NCBI GenBank assembly: GCA_973895155.1
Contig: OZ316898.1
Location: forward strand, 20,595,292-20,659,291
From: Marsupella aquatica
Lineage: Eukaryota; Plantae; Marchantiophyta
DNA: 64,000 bases
Direction of reading: 5' to 3'
Position 1 is the first letter of the stretch, and each line of letters opens with the position of its first letter. Under the pieces are notes generated by a model. That model was not told the origin of the DNA. It did no database searches and was given only the letters and a program-made list of their open reading frames with translations. A program made the translations under genes and the position numbers. Shown piece by piece: positions 1-12,094 of this stretch.

Positions 1-73
1 TTTCTGCTCAAAACTCAATTCTGTTTAATAATAAACAACAGAGAACTTAACAATATAAACCATGCTCATACCT

Positions 74-2904
74 ATACCATGGTTCCACCAGCTCTTCATT
101 CTCTAGTATGTAATGATGCATAGCTATCATATCATTCCACTCCAAGGTGATCTATTTTCCAGCTCCTTCCAAGACAATGCCTGCAACACCAGGATTCTCC
201 TCCAAGTCCCATGTTCTCATTCCTGTCCCCTTAACATCGATCATGTATTCAGAAAGGAATCCTAAAGATTCATCTAGAAGGTAGCCTTCAGCCATAGAAG
301 CCTCTGGACGTGCCTTGTTTCGAACATAACCCTTCAAGGTCTTTAGATATCTTTCTATTGGGTACATCCATCTAATGTTCACTGGACCACAGATGTCTAG
401 TTCCTGAACCAGATGAATCAACAGATGGGTCATGACATCAAAGAAGCTTGGTGGGAAATGAATTTCCATAAGGCAGAGTGTGAATGCAACATCCATCATC
501 ACAGAGTCGTACTGTGAGGGATCCCAAACCTTGGCACAGATGGTACGCCACACATTGCTCACTCTGGCTATGGCCAACCGAACACCTTCATCAAGTAATC
601 CCATTGTTGCCAATGGAAGGATTTGTTGCATGAGGTGATGGAAATCGTGAGATTTCAGCCCTGATAACTTCTTCTTAACTGTGACACATTTAGCCAAAGA
701 ACTGCTGAAACCAGTGGGCCCTTTAAAGGTCAACAATACCTCTAAGAACTTAGTCTTCTCTGTCTTACTGAGGCAGTATGGGGCTGGCGGCATGATCTTT
801 GAATCTTTTTTTGGATCTGGATTTGGAACCAGCCACAGGTGTTCCCGCACGTCCATGACTTTCATGTCTTCTCGAACAGAAGGAGTATCCTTTGTCCCCA
901 AAATAGTGTGCACGATGTTGTGTGCAAGATTCTTCTCACAGTGCATGGGATCCAAACAATGGTTGATGAGAAGTTTCTGCATTGGACGCACAGTTCAGTA
1001 CAAACTAAGTTAGAATAAGAAATGTTACTCCTTGCTACTTAACATTAATACACACTGAGGGATTCAGTATGGGAAACCAGATACTTACACTCCAGTACGG
1101 CAGCTTGTATAATCCAGTAACCCTCTTCACTCCATTCTTCTTTACTGGAGAGTTTTCATCATCCAGCGCATTCCCTGGTTTCTTCTCCACATATTTAGCG
1201 GCCTTTTCTCCCCAACGTTTCCTATCAGAGCTGGACACTCTACACGGTGCATCTCGTGCCTCTACCTCACCATTAAAGTATTTTGCCACTTCCTCTTTGC
1301 AAAAATAGTGCCTCTATGGTAACCAGCGACGATGGCCAGCAAACAGTAACTTGCCCAACTGTTTTGAACCATGTGCCACACAATTTGGCCCACAAACCAC
1401 ACATCCTTTGTACCCTGCATGTTGTTGGCCAGAGACTAATCCATATGCAGGATAATCATTGATTGTCCACAATACTGAAGCCCTTAGCTTGAACTCTTGC
1501 TGCAATCCTAGCCTTGGTAGAACATCAAAACAATCTACTCCTTCTGACCATAATGTCTCAAGATCATCCACAAGTGGAGCCATGTATACATCAAATTGTT
1601 CCTCGCTTACAGACACAGGACCTGGAATTAGAAGAGCCAGCATGACAAAGAACTTCTTTGTGGAAAGCCAAGGAGGGATATTATAATTCAACAGCAGGAT
1701 TGGCCATGTAGACCAGGCAGTAGAATTATTCCCAAATGGATTTACCCCATCAAGTGCCAATCCCATTCGCACATTCCTTGGCTCAACAGCAAAAGCAGGG
1801 TCGATCTCTGTGTCCACATGTTTCCATGCCTTTGAATCTGCTGGATGTCGGACCATGTTGTCCTTGCTCTTGTTCTCATGATGCCAAGTCATTAGCTTAG
1901 ATGTACCCTTAGTGGCATACAATCTCTTCAATCGAGGGATTATAGGGAAATATCTCAAGACCTTCACAGGTTGTAAAGAATTCCCCACTAACTTCATCTT
2001 TGGCTGATTACACTTGGAACAATTGTCCAACTCTGCAGTCTCAATTCTAAATAACATACATCCATTCTCACAGACTGGGATTCTCTCATAGTCTAAACCC
2101 AATTTTCTCAGTAATTGTTTTGCAGCATATAGGTTTTTAGGGAGAGTGTGCTCTGTTGGCATTCCATGCTCAGTCAACAAAGACAGCATGGCATTCACTC
2201 CCGTGTTCAAGAACCTATTGTTGTGACAGATGTTTAAAAACAACAACATGAAGGAAACTATGTCTGTCTTACTGCCTGGAAATAAGGGTTTCATGGCTTC
2301 TTCTAAAGACCCTTGCAGAGGGACAGGATTTATAGGATGCCCTGCTGTAGCTGTGTCCTCAGCCCTGGTCTCAGCAAAGGGTGGATCTGCCTCATTCTCA
2401 TCATTTTGAAACATTGAATCTATATCAAAAGGAGGATCATTATCCACATATTCGTCAGACTCTTCAGAAGCTCTTGCCAATGTCTCCTGAAGTAAAACTC
2501 TGACCTGCTCTTCAACATCTATTGATGGCTGGCCTGAGTGGAATGCCTCTCGAGACATTCCTGCCCTCAGTGCCTCTGTACCAGAGTTACGGATGTAATT
2601 GGATCTCTACTCCTCATCAGAAGAGTCTTTACCCTCTCCTACCCACACTCGACAGGCAGGGTAGCGGCCATATTTAAGAATGTTGTCGACTGGTCTTTCG
2701 AGTAGTCTTAACAATCCCTTTGCATTCCATGCAAGAGCAATACATTCTATGATCAGCACTACCAGAGCAAGCTGTCTGTTCCCGAGCCCATAAGTTATCA
2801 TCACGACGTTGTATTCGACATGGATGGGAAAGAGGTAAACTTCTCAGGTTGTCTGCCTCTATTGTATGTGCAGTGTTATGTGACCCAGCCTGGCTAGAAG
2901 CCAT
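74..2904 (-). pseudogene. TnpD-like CACTA transposase (Transposase_21 + DUF4218 regions), disrupted
   Basis: ORFs 1314..2558 (RNVRMGLALDGVNPF, STWPILLLNYNIPPW, WTINDYPAYG) and 152..991 (DPMHCEKN, GLKSHDFH, FPPSFFDVMTHL, RWMYPIERY). Intron about 979-1089. In-frame stops at 2607, 1314 and 152, and a frameshift near 2690. Confidence 0.9.
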
Positions 2905-3919
2905 GATTGTAGCACTACCTAATCAAAAACACAGTTGCACATCTTTCTTCTATGAGATCTTGCAGAGCTCTAGACAACTCCAAAACCCTTCCATACCATC
3001 TTCTAGAGCGTCATGTGAAGCAAACATGTGCACAAGTGAAGAATAGACATACATTTGAGGTACAGTACTCCAACTGAGGTAAAGGCAGCTCCCACTTTAG
3101 CCTTCATTGCCAATAGAATAGTACATGCATGCCAACAACAGGTAAACAGATGACATATTAGCAACTTGATCAGAAATTATTTACTTGGGTACGTTACCTA
3201 ATCTCATTTCATATTGTAAGTGGCAATGGGTATTTGAAGGAGACTTGAATTGTACAAATCAAAATGTCATCAGTTTACAAGACCAAAGAAAGGCCTACCT
3301 GAACCAGATTTAGGCCAAGGGTGTTCACAGTAGTCAGCAATCTCAGACCCTTCAAAACAGTGAGTACAATAAGAAACATTAATCATAATGTCCATCAATC
3401 CCCTCCTTCATTCTTTGACTTTTGAATACATTTGTTGAAAGTCCTCTTCAAATATATAGGCAATTTTTATTTGGGCAGGTACTAGAATAGATTCCACATC
3501 ACAACATTTCATCATCCCCACACAAACCAGGATACATATGGACAAGGGCCTGAAAGGGTTTCATGTAATCTACATAATTAAACATATAGTGTTTCTGTGC
3601 AGTAGTAAGAATGAAATACAGTCACTCAGTCTTCAAAATTATCAAAAAGGAGAAAGTTCTAAGACCCGGGTTGAAGGAGTTGTTAAGGGTGTTGACCCGG
3701 GTTTAGAAAGGCAGTACTACAAAACTTGAGAGACATTACGTGAAGTTTGCCTTGTTATGCCCAAATCCCTCAGTCAAAGGGACAACAAGAATTTTAAGAC
3801 CTTGGGTGGATTTTAGGTCTTGCCTCTTAAGGTCAATGTGCTGTTTTTTAGTTCTTTTGTTATGTATCTCCATTCAGGCTCTTCATATGTTTGCCATTGA
3901 CAAAACAGTCATCATACAA

Positions 3920-4671
3920 TCAGAATTGATACTGGTCTTTCTCCACTAAGTGCTGCTCTACTCTAGGGCAAACAGTCTCAACCCCTGGTCCCAAGATTGG
4001 CTCATCATGGTGGAACATTATACAGGCACACCTCCTTTGCAGTCTAATGTGTCCATCCCGCCTATATATATCCCCAGGGCGCACTCGACATTTTGGGCAA
4101 AAATCCTCACAACTATGGATATAGGCAGAGTAGCAGATCTACTATGGTTGTACCACTCCATTATCGACTGCCACAATACAAAAACCTATGGGCAAGGGTG
4201 GAGCATCCAGAGTAATGGGCCGACTATACGTGTCTCTGTGTACAGGCAAAAACTCCCATTGCACAGCAGAACTGGCAGGGACCAACCTCATTCCACTCAG
4301 CTTCAGGCGTAGCCTCTCCTCGGGGGTTTCACTTCCACAAAAATGGCATATCACGTGCGACGAAGGATAGGGTCATTTTATTGGTTCTAAGGGAAGACTT
4401 AAGAATTTTTGTAGAAGAACAATAGGGTTTTTTAAATTCAATTTTGAGACTTATAAGAACATTAGGGTCTTTTTAATCCAATTTTTAGAATATTCCAAGA
4501 ATATTCCAACTTTATAGGGGTTAAAAAATAATAAAAAATTCTTACATTTTAGGGGGTCCGAGGCCTAAAAACGTCGCAGGCGATGGGGAGGTCCCCATAT
4601 AGTGAGACCCCCGAGAGCCTCTCAGCTTTGCCTTCAAGGTCAGCTCCCAATCTGCTGCGCATCCTTGGCAT
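3920..4671 (-). pseudogene. Orphan Cys/His-rich cargo ORF inside CACTA-1, interrupted by a MITE
   Basis: Removing 4319-4615 plus one TSD joins MPRMRSRLGADLEGKAE to RLRLKLSGMRLVP in frame. After two adjacent TAG stops (about 4139-4144) it continues ICYSAYIHSCEDFCPKCRVRPG...RRCACIMFHHDEP...QYQF*. A splice acceptor (TTACAG) lies just upstream of the ATG. Confidence 0.45.
4319..4615. mobile_element. Non-autonomous TIR element (MITE) with 8-bp TSD
   Basis: Termini CTCGGGGGTTTCACT...AGTGAGACCCCCGAG, with an inner inverted TGCGACG motif. Perfect TSD AGCCTCTC at 4311-4318 and 4616-4623. AT-rich interior. Confidence 0.85.
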
Positions 4672-4896
4672 TACTGTAACAAATACAAGAAGCAATAATT
4701 TATCCAACCCAAACACTCAATGAAATTCATGCAACAATTTAAGATTCAACTATTTCATACAATCAGATAGTTTAGTCCATTTGAGTTTAGTCCATTAGAC
4801 AGTGTAGTCCACTTCATACTATAATCAAACAATTTAGTCCACTTCATGAATACTTAATACTATGTCGTGTTGTCTACACAACTGAAGGCTTATGAT

Positions 4897-5598
4897 CTAT
4901 TTGAAATCATGAGGTGGCACATCAGAACCCTCTGGAATGACATGGCGATTGCAGTACTACACCACACGCCATGGACCAATATCCCAAGTTTCTCTACCCT
5001 TAACCCCTCTCTTCAGGTGTTTGTCTGCCTCTGGTCCTTCATCTTTGCACCACGCACGAGGGCACCTACGACACTGGATAAATTCCCAGATGCCATCCCG
5101 ATACTCCTTGCACACATCACAATAATGCCTTGGGCATATCAGAGCAGCGGGATGTGCATCTGAGTTCTCTGCATAAGTTATCAGAGGCAACTCGTTCGCC
5201 CTCAATATAGTCCGCAGACAACCCACATGGTAAAAGGAATAGCAATCGTCCTGTGCACACTGAATCACAAGGGGCTCATCTGTAGTGGGTTTCACGGTTC
5301 GGCCAAGTGACCCACAAGCAAAGCAACAAGCTCGGTTCTGCTGACAGAGGTCACAGAGCCACTCCTTGTCCCAATCATGCCCTCTAGAAATGGCAATGCG
5401 TGTGCACTCAGGCCCATGGCCATCAGGCTCCTCAACATCCTGCCCATCAACTAAGTAATGAAAATGTCGACTGCAAGGCCCATCGCAGAACAAAACAGTA
5501 CCTCCCTCATCACATTCAAAACAACAGGGGGGATCCATGCGAAGGTGCTCCTTATGGGCAAACTTGGGATCCAACCAGGCAGCAGCAGCCCGTGCCAT
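4897..5598 (-). pseudogene. EDM2/NSD-type tandem PHD-finger module carried by CACTA-1
   Basis: CFECDEGGTVLFCDGPCSRHFH...WLCDLCQQNRACCFACGSLG...QCAQDDCYSFYHVGCL...ICPRHYCDVC...IQCRRCPRAWC matches the EDM2-like PHD array pattern. Homology-like sequence (YCNRH) continues past a TAG at 4957-4959. Confidence 0.75.
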
Positions 5599-8500
5599 GC
5601 TGAAGAAAATAAAATCTGCACAATTGCCTTCAACATCACTCCAAAGTCCATTCAAAAACCAAGAGACAAACACAAAGAAGGTAAGTGAAGTGTACTTACT
5701 CACACAGCAGTTGAGCCAGCCCCAGTCGCACCTCCAACCAGCACAGACCTGTGGTTACCACACTCATCAGTCTCCCCAATATTTATTCCCCAATTGCCCC
5801 AATATTTATTCTCAGTCTAGCCAAACCAGCCTGCAGGCCTACACCAGCTATTAAGTTTTCTCTAACGTCCCAGCTGACAAAACAGCTCAGCCTCTGTTGC
5901 ACTTAAACTAGAACAGAACATACATCTGAAAACATTCTGATCATCACCTCCAAACCTTCCGCTTTAACAAACAAATCACAGCCGTCCGTATGTAGCTCTC
6001 AATCAATAAACATACAAACCCTGAGAGACACACCCTATCAAATTACTTTAGGAGAAGTAAATATACTCTACAACTGAATTCTAGGTTTGACATGATTGTA
6101 TGAATTTTAATGGGTATCCTGTTCAGGAGATCATTAGTTGAAGTGTTCTAAGCAGCTCCAATTCTCAAATACGCACCTAAGGCCTTAGTAGAATTAATAA
6201 TTACAGGCTTGTTGCAAAAACTATAAGGCCAGACAGGAATACCTTAAGGGTGAAAGGTTTGCGGACAATCTGTAGAGAGCAGATTGCCTACAATCAAATT
6301 GAGACGCCCATAAACCCTGCACAACCACCACACAACAATTGCACATTGCTGACAGGAAATCACATGAAAGAATGCAGTATAACCAGAAGGGAAGAAGTAT
6401 AATGCTTCTAAAATTAACGGACTTTGAAGAGCATAGCAGACCTCAGACATGATTTGCCGTTTGGTTCAGACAAAAATTAATGAGACAAGAGAGACAACAA
6501 GGTACCCGAACCTTGCAGCAGGAAGGGGAAAAAGGGACGCAATGGAGGAAAGAGGAGAAGATGGGCTTTCAGAAGAGAAAACACGACCGAGCAGGGTGAG
6601 ACAAGCAAGACTTCGTCAAAGGACAGAACGCTGGAGTATGAAATCCATGATTACTCTGTTTTTAGATATATTATATTTTCAGAAGAATAAGGAAGCAAGG
6701 CCCAGTGGATCCACACTGTCTTAAAGGTACTAGCGGGCAATATACAAACATCCAATCCCAAGCCAACAGATATAACATTTCTTGGCCAGCATAGACAGGA
6801 AGCTCGAGAGGAGCACAAAGCAAGCCGCACAGGGTGAGAGAGAGGCATGAACACAAAAACCTATACAGACCAGAACGAAAGCTCCCTTCAAGCTGGGACT
6901 CTACTCTTGGTTGATCGATGTTGCTGATACTAGCTAGTGCACTTTACTGAACTGAAAAAAACATTGACAGCATCGGGCAGTGTAAGTGAAAATGAAAGCA
7001 TTAAGAAGCAACAGTAGTCTCAGGGATTGAGGTGGGGTTTTAGGTAGCTTTGGCGCAGAAAAAAGTAAGGAGGGAATGCTAGGCATTTCCTAAGACCAGT
7101 AGCCCAATCAAGGTGATCAGAGCAATAAGTAAAATACAAACGGGGATGCAAAGCAAATGGCAAAGGCATGACAAGAGAAAAGGGAATGGCCAAGGCATGA
7201 CCACACGCAGCTCAAAGCCAAAGCAGAAATTCCAGAGCAAAGTCAAGAAGGACCAAAAATGATGTAGCGGTACACACCAGATCACCCCAGATCACCCCAG
7301 ATGCCTTCTACTTTTCCAGTTCCGCTGATGCAGACCCTAATGTCGAGCCCTCGCGCCTGCACACTTGATACCCCTGATCAATTTCATATATACCATCACA
7401 AACGAGTACAGTATGCAATGTTCAAGAAGATGTTGCATCTACAACCCAGGTCGAGACCATTTTCAAGGAGCGCAGACGATAGCGCATGTTGATTCGACAG
7501 ATAAGGGAGCAACATTGAAAGAAAAGCAAGCTGCATATTGAAGACTTAACATTGAAAGCTACCGTGGGAATACTCACAAATCAGCTGCCAGCGGCCTCCA
7601 GTGCAATGCCTCCCACCACCTCCACGTTCTCCTTCAAAGCCACGCTAAGGTCGACGCTACACACTACACTCACAGGAGAGAGATCAATCAAGGCAAAAAT
7701 GCAAATCCGCAACCTTAGAGTACACTGTATGGAGAAAAAGAGCAATAGGGGAAGAAAAGCAAGGGAAGCAGACACAAAAGCATTAAGCAAAAGACAAACG
7801 GGGATGCCAAGCAGAAAGCATGATAGGAGAGAAGCGAATGGTTGAGGCATGACAAGACGCAGCTCAAAGCCAAAACAAAGAAGGCATACATACCTTCAAC
7901 CGGAAACTCTCTTTAAGCTCAAACACACAGAAGCTGCAGCAACTCACAGCTTCCCCTAGCGCTCGATCACACCAACTCACAGCAATCTGTAGTTGCTCGC
8001 AGCAGTTTGCAGCAAGTCCCTAAACTCCCAGCAGCTTGCAGCTCCCACCAACACCTCTCAGCGGCTCCCAGCGAGTCCAACAGCGCACCAGGAAATCTCC
8101 TGAGGAATGCAGGTCCGAGCTCGAGCTCGATCGTCAACAACTTACAGTGAAGCAAGGAACTTCCTTCACAGTCCTAAGGTGCAACTCGCAACTCTATTCT
8201 TGCTGCTTCGATCACAAAAGGTCCTTTCAGGTGAGCGCCCCTCCTTCCTGGTCGCCGTTGCACTGATTGCTGGTAGCTAGAGTTCCCTTCCACAATGACG
8301 GGAGTGTGCGTGTGCTTGAGGTGATCAGCGATGGTGGGTGGTACATAAGGGCAGCAGTAGGGAGTTCCCCCAAGAGTTACGAGCCTTTCAGAAATCACGA
8401 TGGCGGCAGCAAGTAGGAACGTAGGAGCTCGGTCCTAGGGCAGCTTCCCACTGCCCACAATAACAAAGTGCGACCCTCCTCCTCCACCCTAAACCGTAGT

Positions 8501-9374
8501 CCCAAGTTGCAGCTGAACTCCACAGCATCCGATTAGAAGGCCAGACTAAACTCCCGAGTTGATGAGTGAGTAAGTGCACTCTGCGTCGCGACGATAAACC
8601 CTTCGACAAACTGCGCAAAGGAGCAGGAAAACCTCAACATTCGATAAGCTCTTCGCAAAGTTCTTTGTGAAACAGGGAATCCAATGAGCCGGGTGCTTCC
8701 AGCAGTTCCCGCCAGTGACAAAGGCAAGGGCCGGGGATTGAGGGGATGACATGTGGACGATGGAGATTGCATCCAACTGCGACTATGAACGGGAAACTTC
8801 AACGGTCCAAGTGAAGGGGTTACTAGGGCCTTATTCCCCCCATAAAGGACTTAATTAAGTTTGTGATGTCATTAGGGAGTGGAAAAGGACTTTGCACCAC
8901 CCATAACTATTTTTCTCCCCCAAAAGTGCAAAAATTACTAACACACCCTCTAGAGAAAAACAATTCCAAGAAGCCCCTTTGGGCAATCCATCAGCCATAA
9001 AGCATCTCAAATAATTGAAATGTGTGGGTAAGTTAACAGGAGGAGTTAATTGGCAGCCTAAATGATATTTGGCGGTACCTTAACGGAGTTCTGGGCGTAA
9101 TTTAGCAAAAGACATAATCTGCAATTTGGGCCCCTTTTTTCTTAACTGAAATGATGGAAACTTGGTACGGAGCAGTACAATAAATCATCTAAATGAGAAC
9201 TTACTCCAGAATATCTAACATAGATATAGTCAAGTGTGTTTGGTATACTAAGGGACCAAAAGCTATCGTGACTCTTTTGCCCTCATGACATATATGCAAT
9301 GGTATGACCCCCATAAAGTGAAGTCTGCCCATATAATGACTCCAACATGGAAACAAAGTAACATAGACTAGATT

Positions 9375-11230
9375 AGGGTCCAGGGTTGAAGTGTACCCTA
9401 TCCCGCACCATGTGGAGTGGGTAGCATCCCTAATGGCGGGCTACAATCATAAATATTGCCAATCACCCCCAGGAGGCCCCAAAGAGTCATATTGTCCATG
9501 GCATGCATGACTGCAATAGTGACATCATGAATGACTTATTTTTGTGTCATTTGAATGAATGACATCTCCCGGCACTCCCTAAATGACAAAAACCTTTAGT
9601 CACGCATAGTAATGACTCAAGATCCCTTACAAATGACCAAATGGGAGTGGTTTGCACTCCTTTGGACAAATGACTCCAAAGTCATACAACTTGGGAGTGT
9701 TTTGCCCAAAGTTGGGTGATACCCTTCCATGATGCAAAATGTGTGCTTTAAAAAGTGTTGTGGAGGCCAAGTGGCATAACTAGTGGCTCAGGGTGTACAA
9801 GTACCCCATCCCGCACCATGTGGAGTGGGTAGCATCCCTAATGGCCGGCTAAGATCACGTATATTGCGAATAAGCCCCCAAAGGCCCCAAGGAGTCATAT
9901 TGTCCATGGCATGCTTGACTGCCACATTGACATCATCAATGACTCATATTTGTGTCATTTGCTTAAATGACACCCCTCGGCACTCCACAAATGACAAAAA
10001 CCTTCAATCACATGCACAAATGACTCAAGATCCCTTACAAATGACCAAATGGGAGTGGTTTGCACTCCTTTGGACAAATGACTCCAAAGTCATACAACTT
10101 GGGAGTGTTTTGCCCAAAGTTGGGTGATGCCCTTCCATGATGCAAAATGTGTGCTTTAAAAAGTGTTGTGGAGGCCAAGTGGCATAACTAGTGGCTTAGG
10201 GTGTACAAGTACCCCATCCCGCACCATGTGGAGTGGGTAGCATCCCTAATGGCCGACTACGATCACGTATATTGTGAATAAGCCCCCAAAGGCCCCCAGG
10301 AGTCATATTGTCCATGGCATGCTTGACTGCCGCATTGACATCATCAATGACTCATATTTGTGTCATTTGCTTAAATGACACCCCTCAGCACTCCACAAAT
10401 GACAAAAACCTTTAGTCAAGTGCACAAATGACTCTATATCCCTTGCAAATGACAAAATGCGAGTGGTTTGCACCCCTTTGGGCAAATGACTCCAAAGTCA
10501 TACAACTTGGGAGTGTTTTGCCCAAAGTTGGGCCATGCCCTTCCAAGGTGAAAAAGTTGGGTCATAAAAACTAATGCGAGGCCAAATTGAGATAACTAGT
10601 GGCCCAGAGTTTAGGTGTACCCTACCCCGCACCATGTGGAGTGGGTAGCATCCCTAATGCTGGGCTACAATCATGGATATAGCCAATTGACCCCCGGAGG
10701 CCCCAAAGAGTCATATTGTCCATGGCATGCATGACTGCAACAGTGACATCATGAATGACCCATTTTTGTGTCATTTACATGAATGATGTCTCCCAGCACT
10801 TCCTAAATGACACAAACCCTTAGTCACGTGCACAAATGACTCTAGATCCCTTGCCAATGACTCACAATAGTGGTTTGCACCCCTTTGGGCAAATGACTCC
10901 AAAGTCATACAACTTGGGAGTGTTTTGCCCAAAGTTGGGTGATGCCCTTCCATGATGCAAAAGGTGTGTTTTAAAAAGTGTTGTGGAGGCCAAATGGCAT
11001 AACCAGTGGCCCAGGTTTGTCAAGTACCCTATCCCGCACCATGTGAAGTGGGTATCATCCTTAATGGCCGGCCCCTATCACCAATGGGGTCAATCAGCCA
11101 CCAAAGGGTCTTAAGAGTCATATTCTGCATGGCATACATGACCACAACATTGACATCCCAAATGACATTTGCATAAATGACATCTAGCGGCACTTGTCAA
11201 ATGACTAGAAAGTTGAGTGAGAGCAAAAAT
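9375..11230. repeat. About 408-bp tandem subterminal repeat of CACTA-1 (about 4.5 copies)
   Basis: The anchor CCCGCACCATGTG recurs at 9402, 9810, 10218, 10626 and 11033. Units are rich in ATGAC. Confidence 0.92.
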
Positions 11231-12065
11231 GATTGGGAATCCTTTGCAAATAACATGAATAATATATTGGAAAAAATGACATGAGCAAATATAGGCATGT
11301 AGTATCTAAATTCTAAACCTTAAACCCTAGACCTATGCCCGAGAGTGTTATTTGGCAACCTTGCATGCCCCCATATATACTCCAACATGTGAAATGTGAA
11401 TACAGCTTAAGGAATGTAAACACTTCAGGAGTCCTTGGCATATATAGGAAAGATGTAATAAATGGGTGCAAGTATATATAAATATACATACTTATTAGAG
11501 ATTATCAAGCCTTTAAGTTGTACATCAATTTAATGATGAGACTCACAACAAAAGAAGGCTTGTTAGGTCTCTAAATGTATTTCAAATCTAATATGTGAGT
11601 GCCACTAGTCTTTATATATACTACCATACGTTTTGGATGACTAATCATACCCTAAACCCTAAAACATATACTAAACCATAAACCTCAAAATAGTCATATG
11701 TTGTTTATCATGTCATTTATCACTTTTGGTTTAAATGACTACTAACATTTTTAAACACTGATATTTGCATATTTGATTTATTAGTCATTAGTCACCGTCG
11801 TCTGAAATGACTTCCCATATGTGAAACACTGATATGACAGAGTTTTTGTTAATTGTGTCATTCACAAAGACTGTCCAAAATGACTACAACTCATGATTGC
11901 TGTCATTATAGCAGTCAAAGTCATTTGGCTCATTGGTTTAAATGACACTATTACAAGTATTAGTCATTTTTTGCACCCCGTCATTTTGGACAGTCATTTC
12001 AATGTCATTTATGTCATGTCATTTACATATTTTGTCATTTGAGCACATAAGTCATATGTGTCATA

Positions 12066-12094
12066 GTCATAAAAGGCCCCATTTTCTACTAGTG
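12066..12094 (-). repeat. CACTA-1 terminal inverted repeat
   Basis: Reverse complement begins CACTAGTAGAAAATG. It resembles the CACTA-2 end CACTAGAAGGAAATG at 51299. Confidence 0.85.

Larger units (their letters stand above)
1..12094 (-). mobile_element. CACTA/En-Spm DNA transposon 1 (5' end at 12094; 3' end lies before the window)
   Basis: Terminal ...TTTTCTACTAGTG ends at 12094 (reverse complement CACTAGTAGAAAATGGGGCCTTTTATGACT). It has an ATGAC/GTCAT-rich subterminal region and a TnpD-like transposase inside. LINE ORF1 sequence begins immediately at 12095. Confidence 0.88.

Noticed and set aside
11310-11690. Telomere-like TAAACCC motifs
   Set aside because: Only a few degenerate units within the CACTA subterminal region; not a telomeric array.
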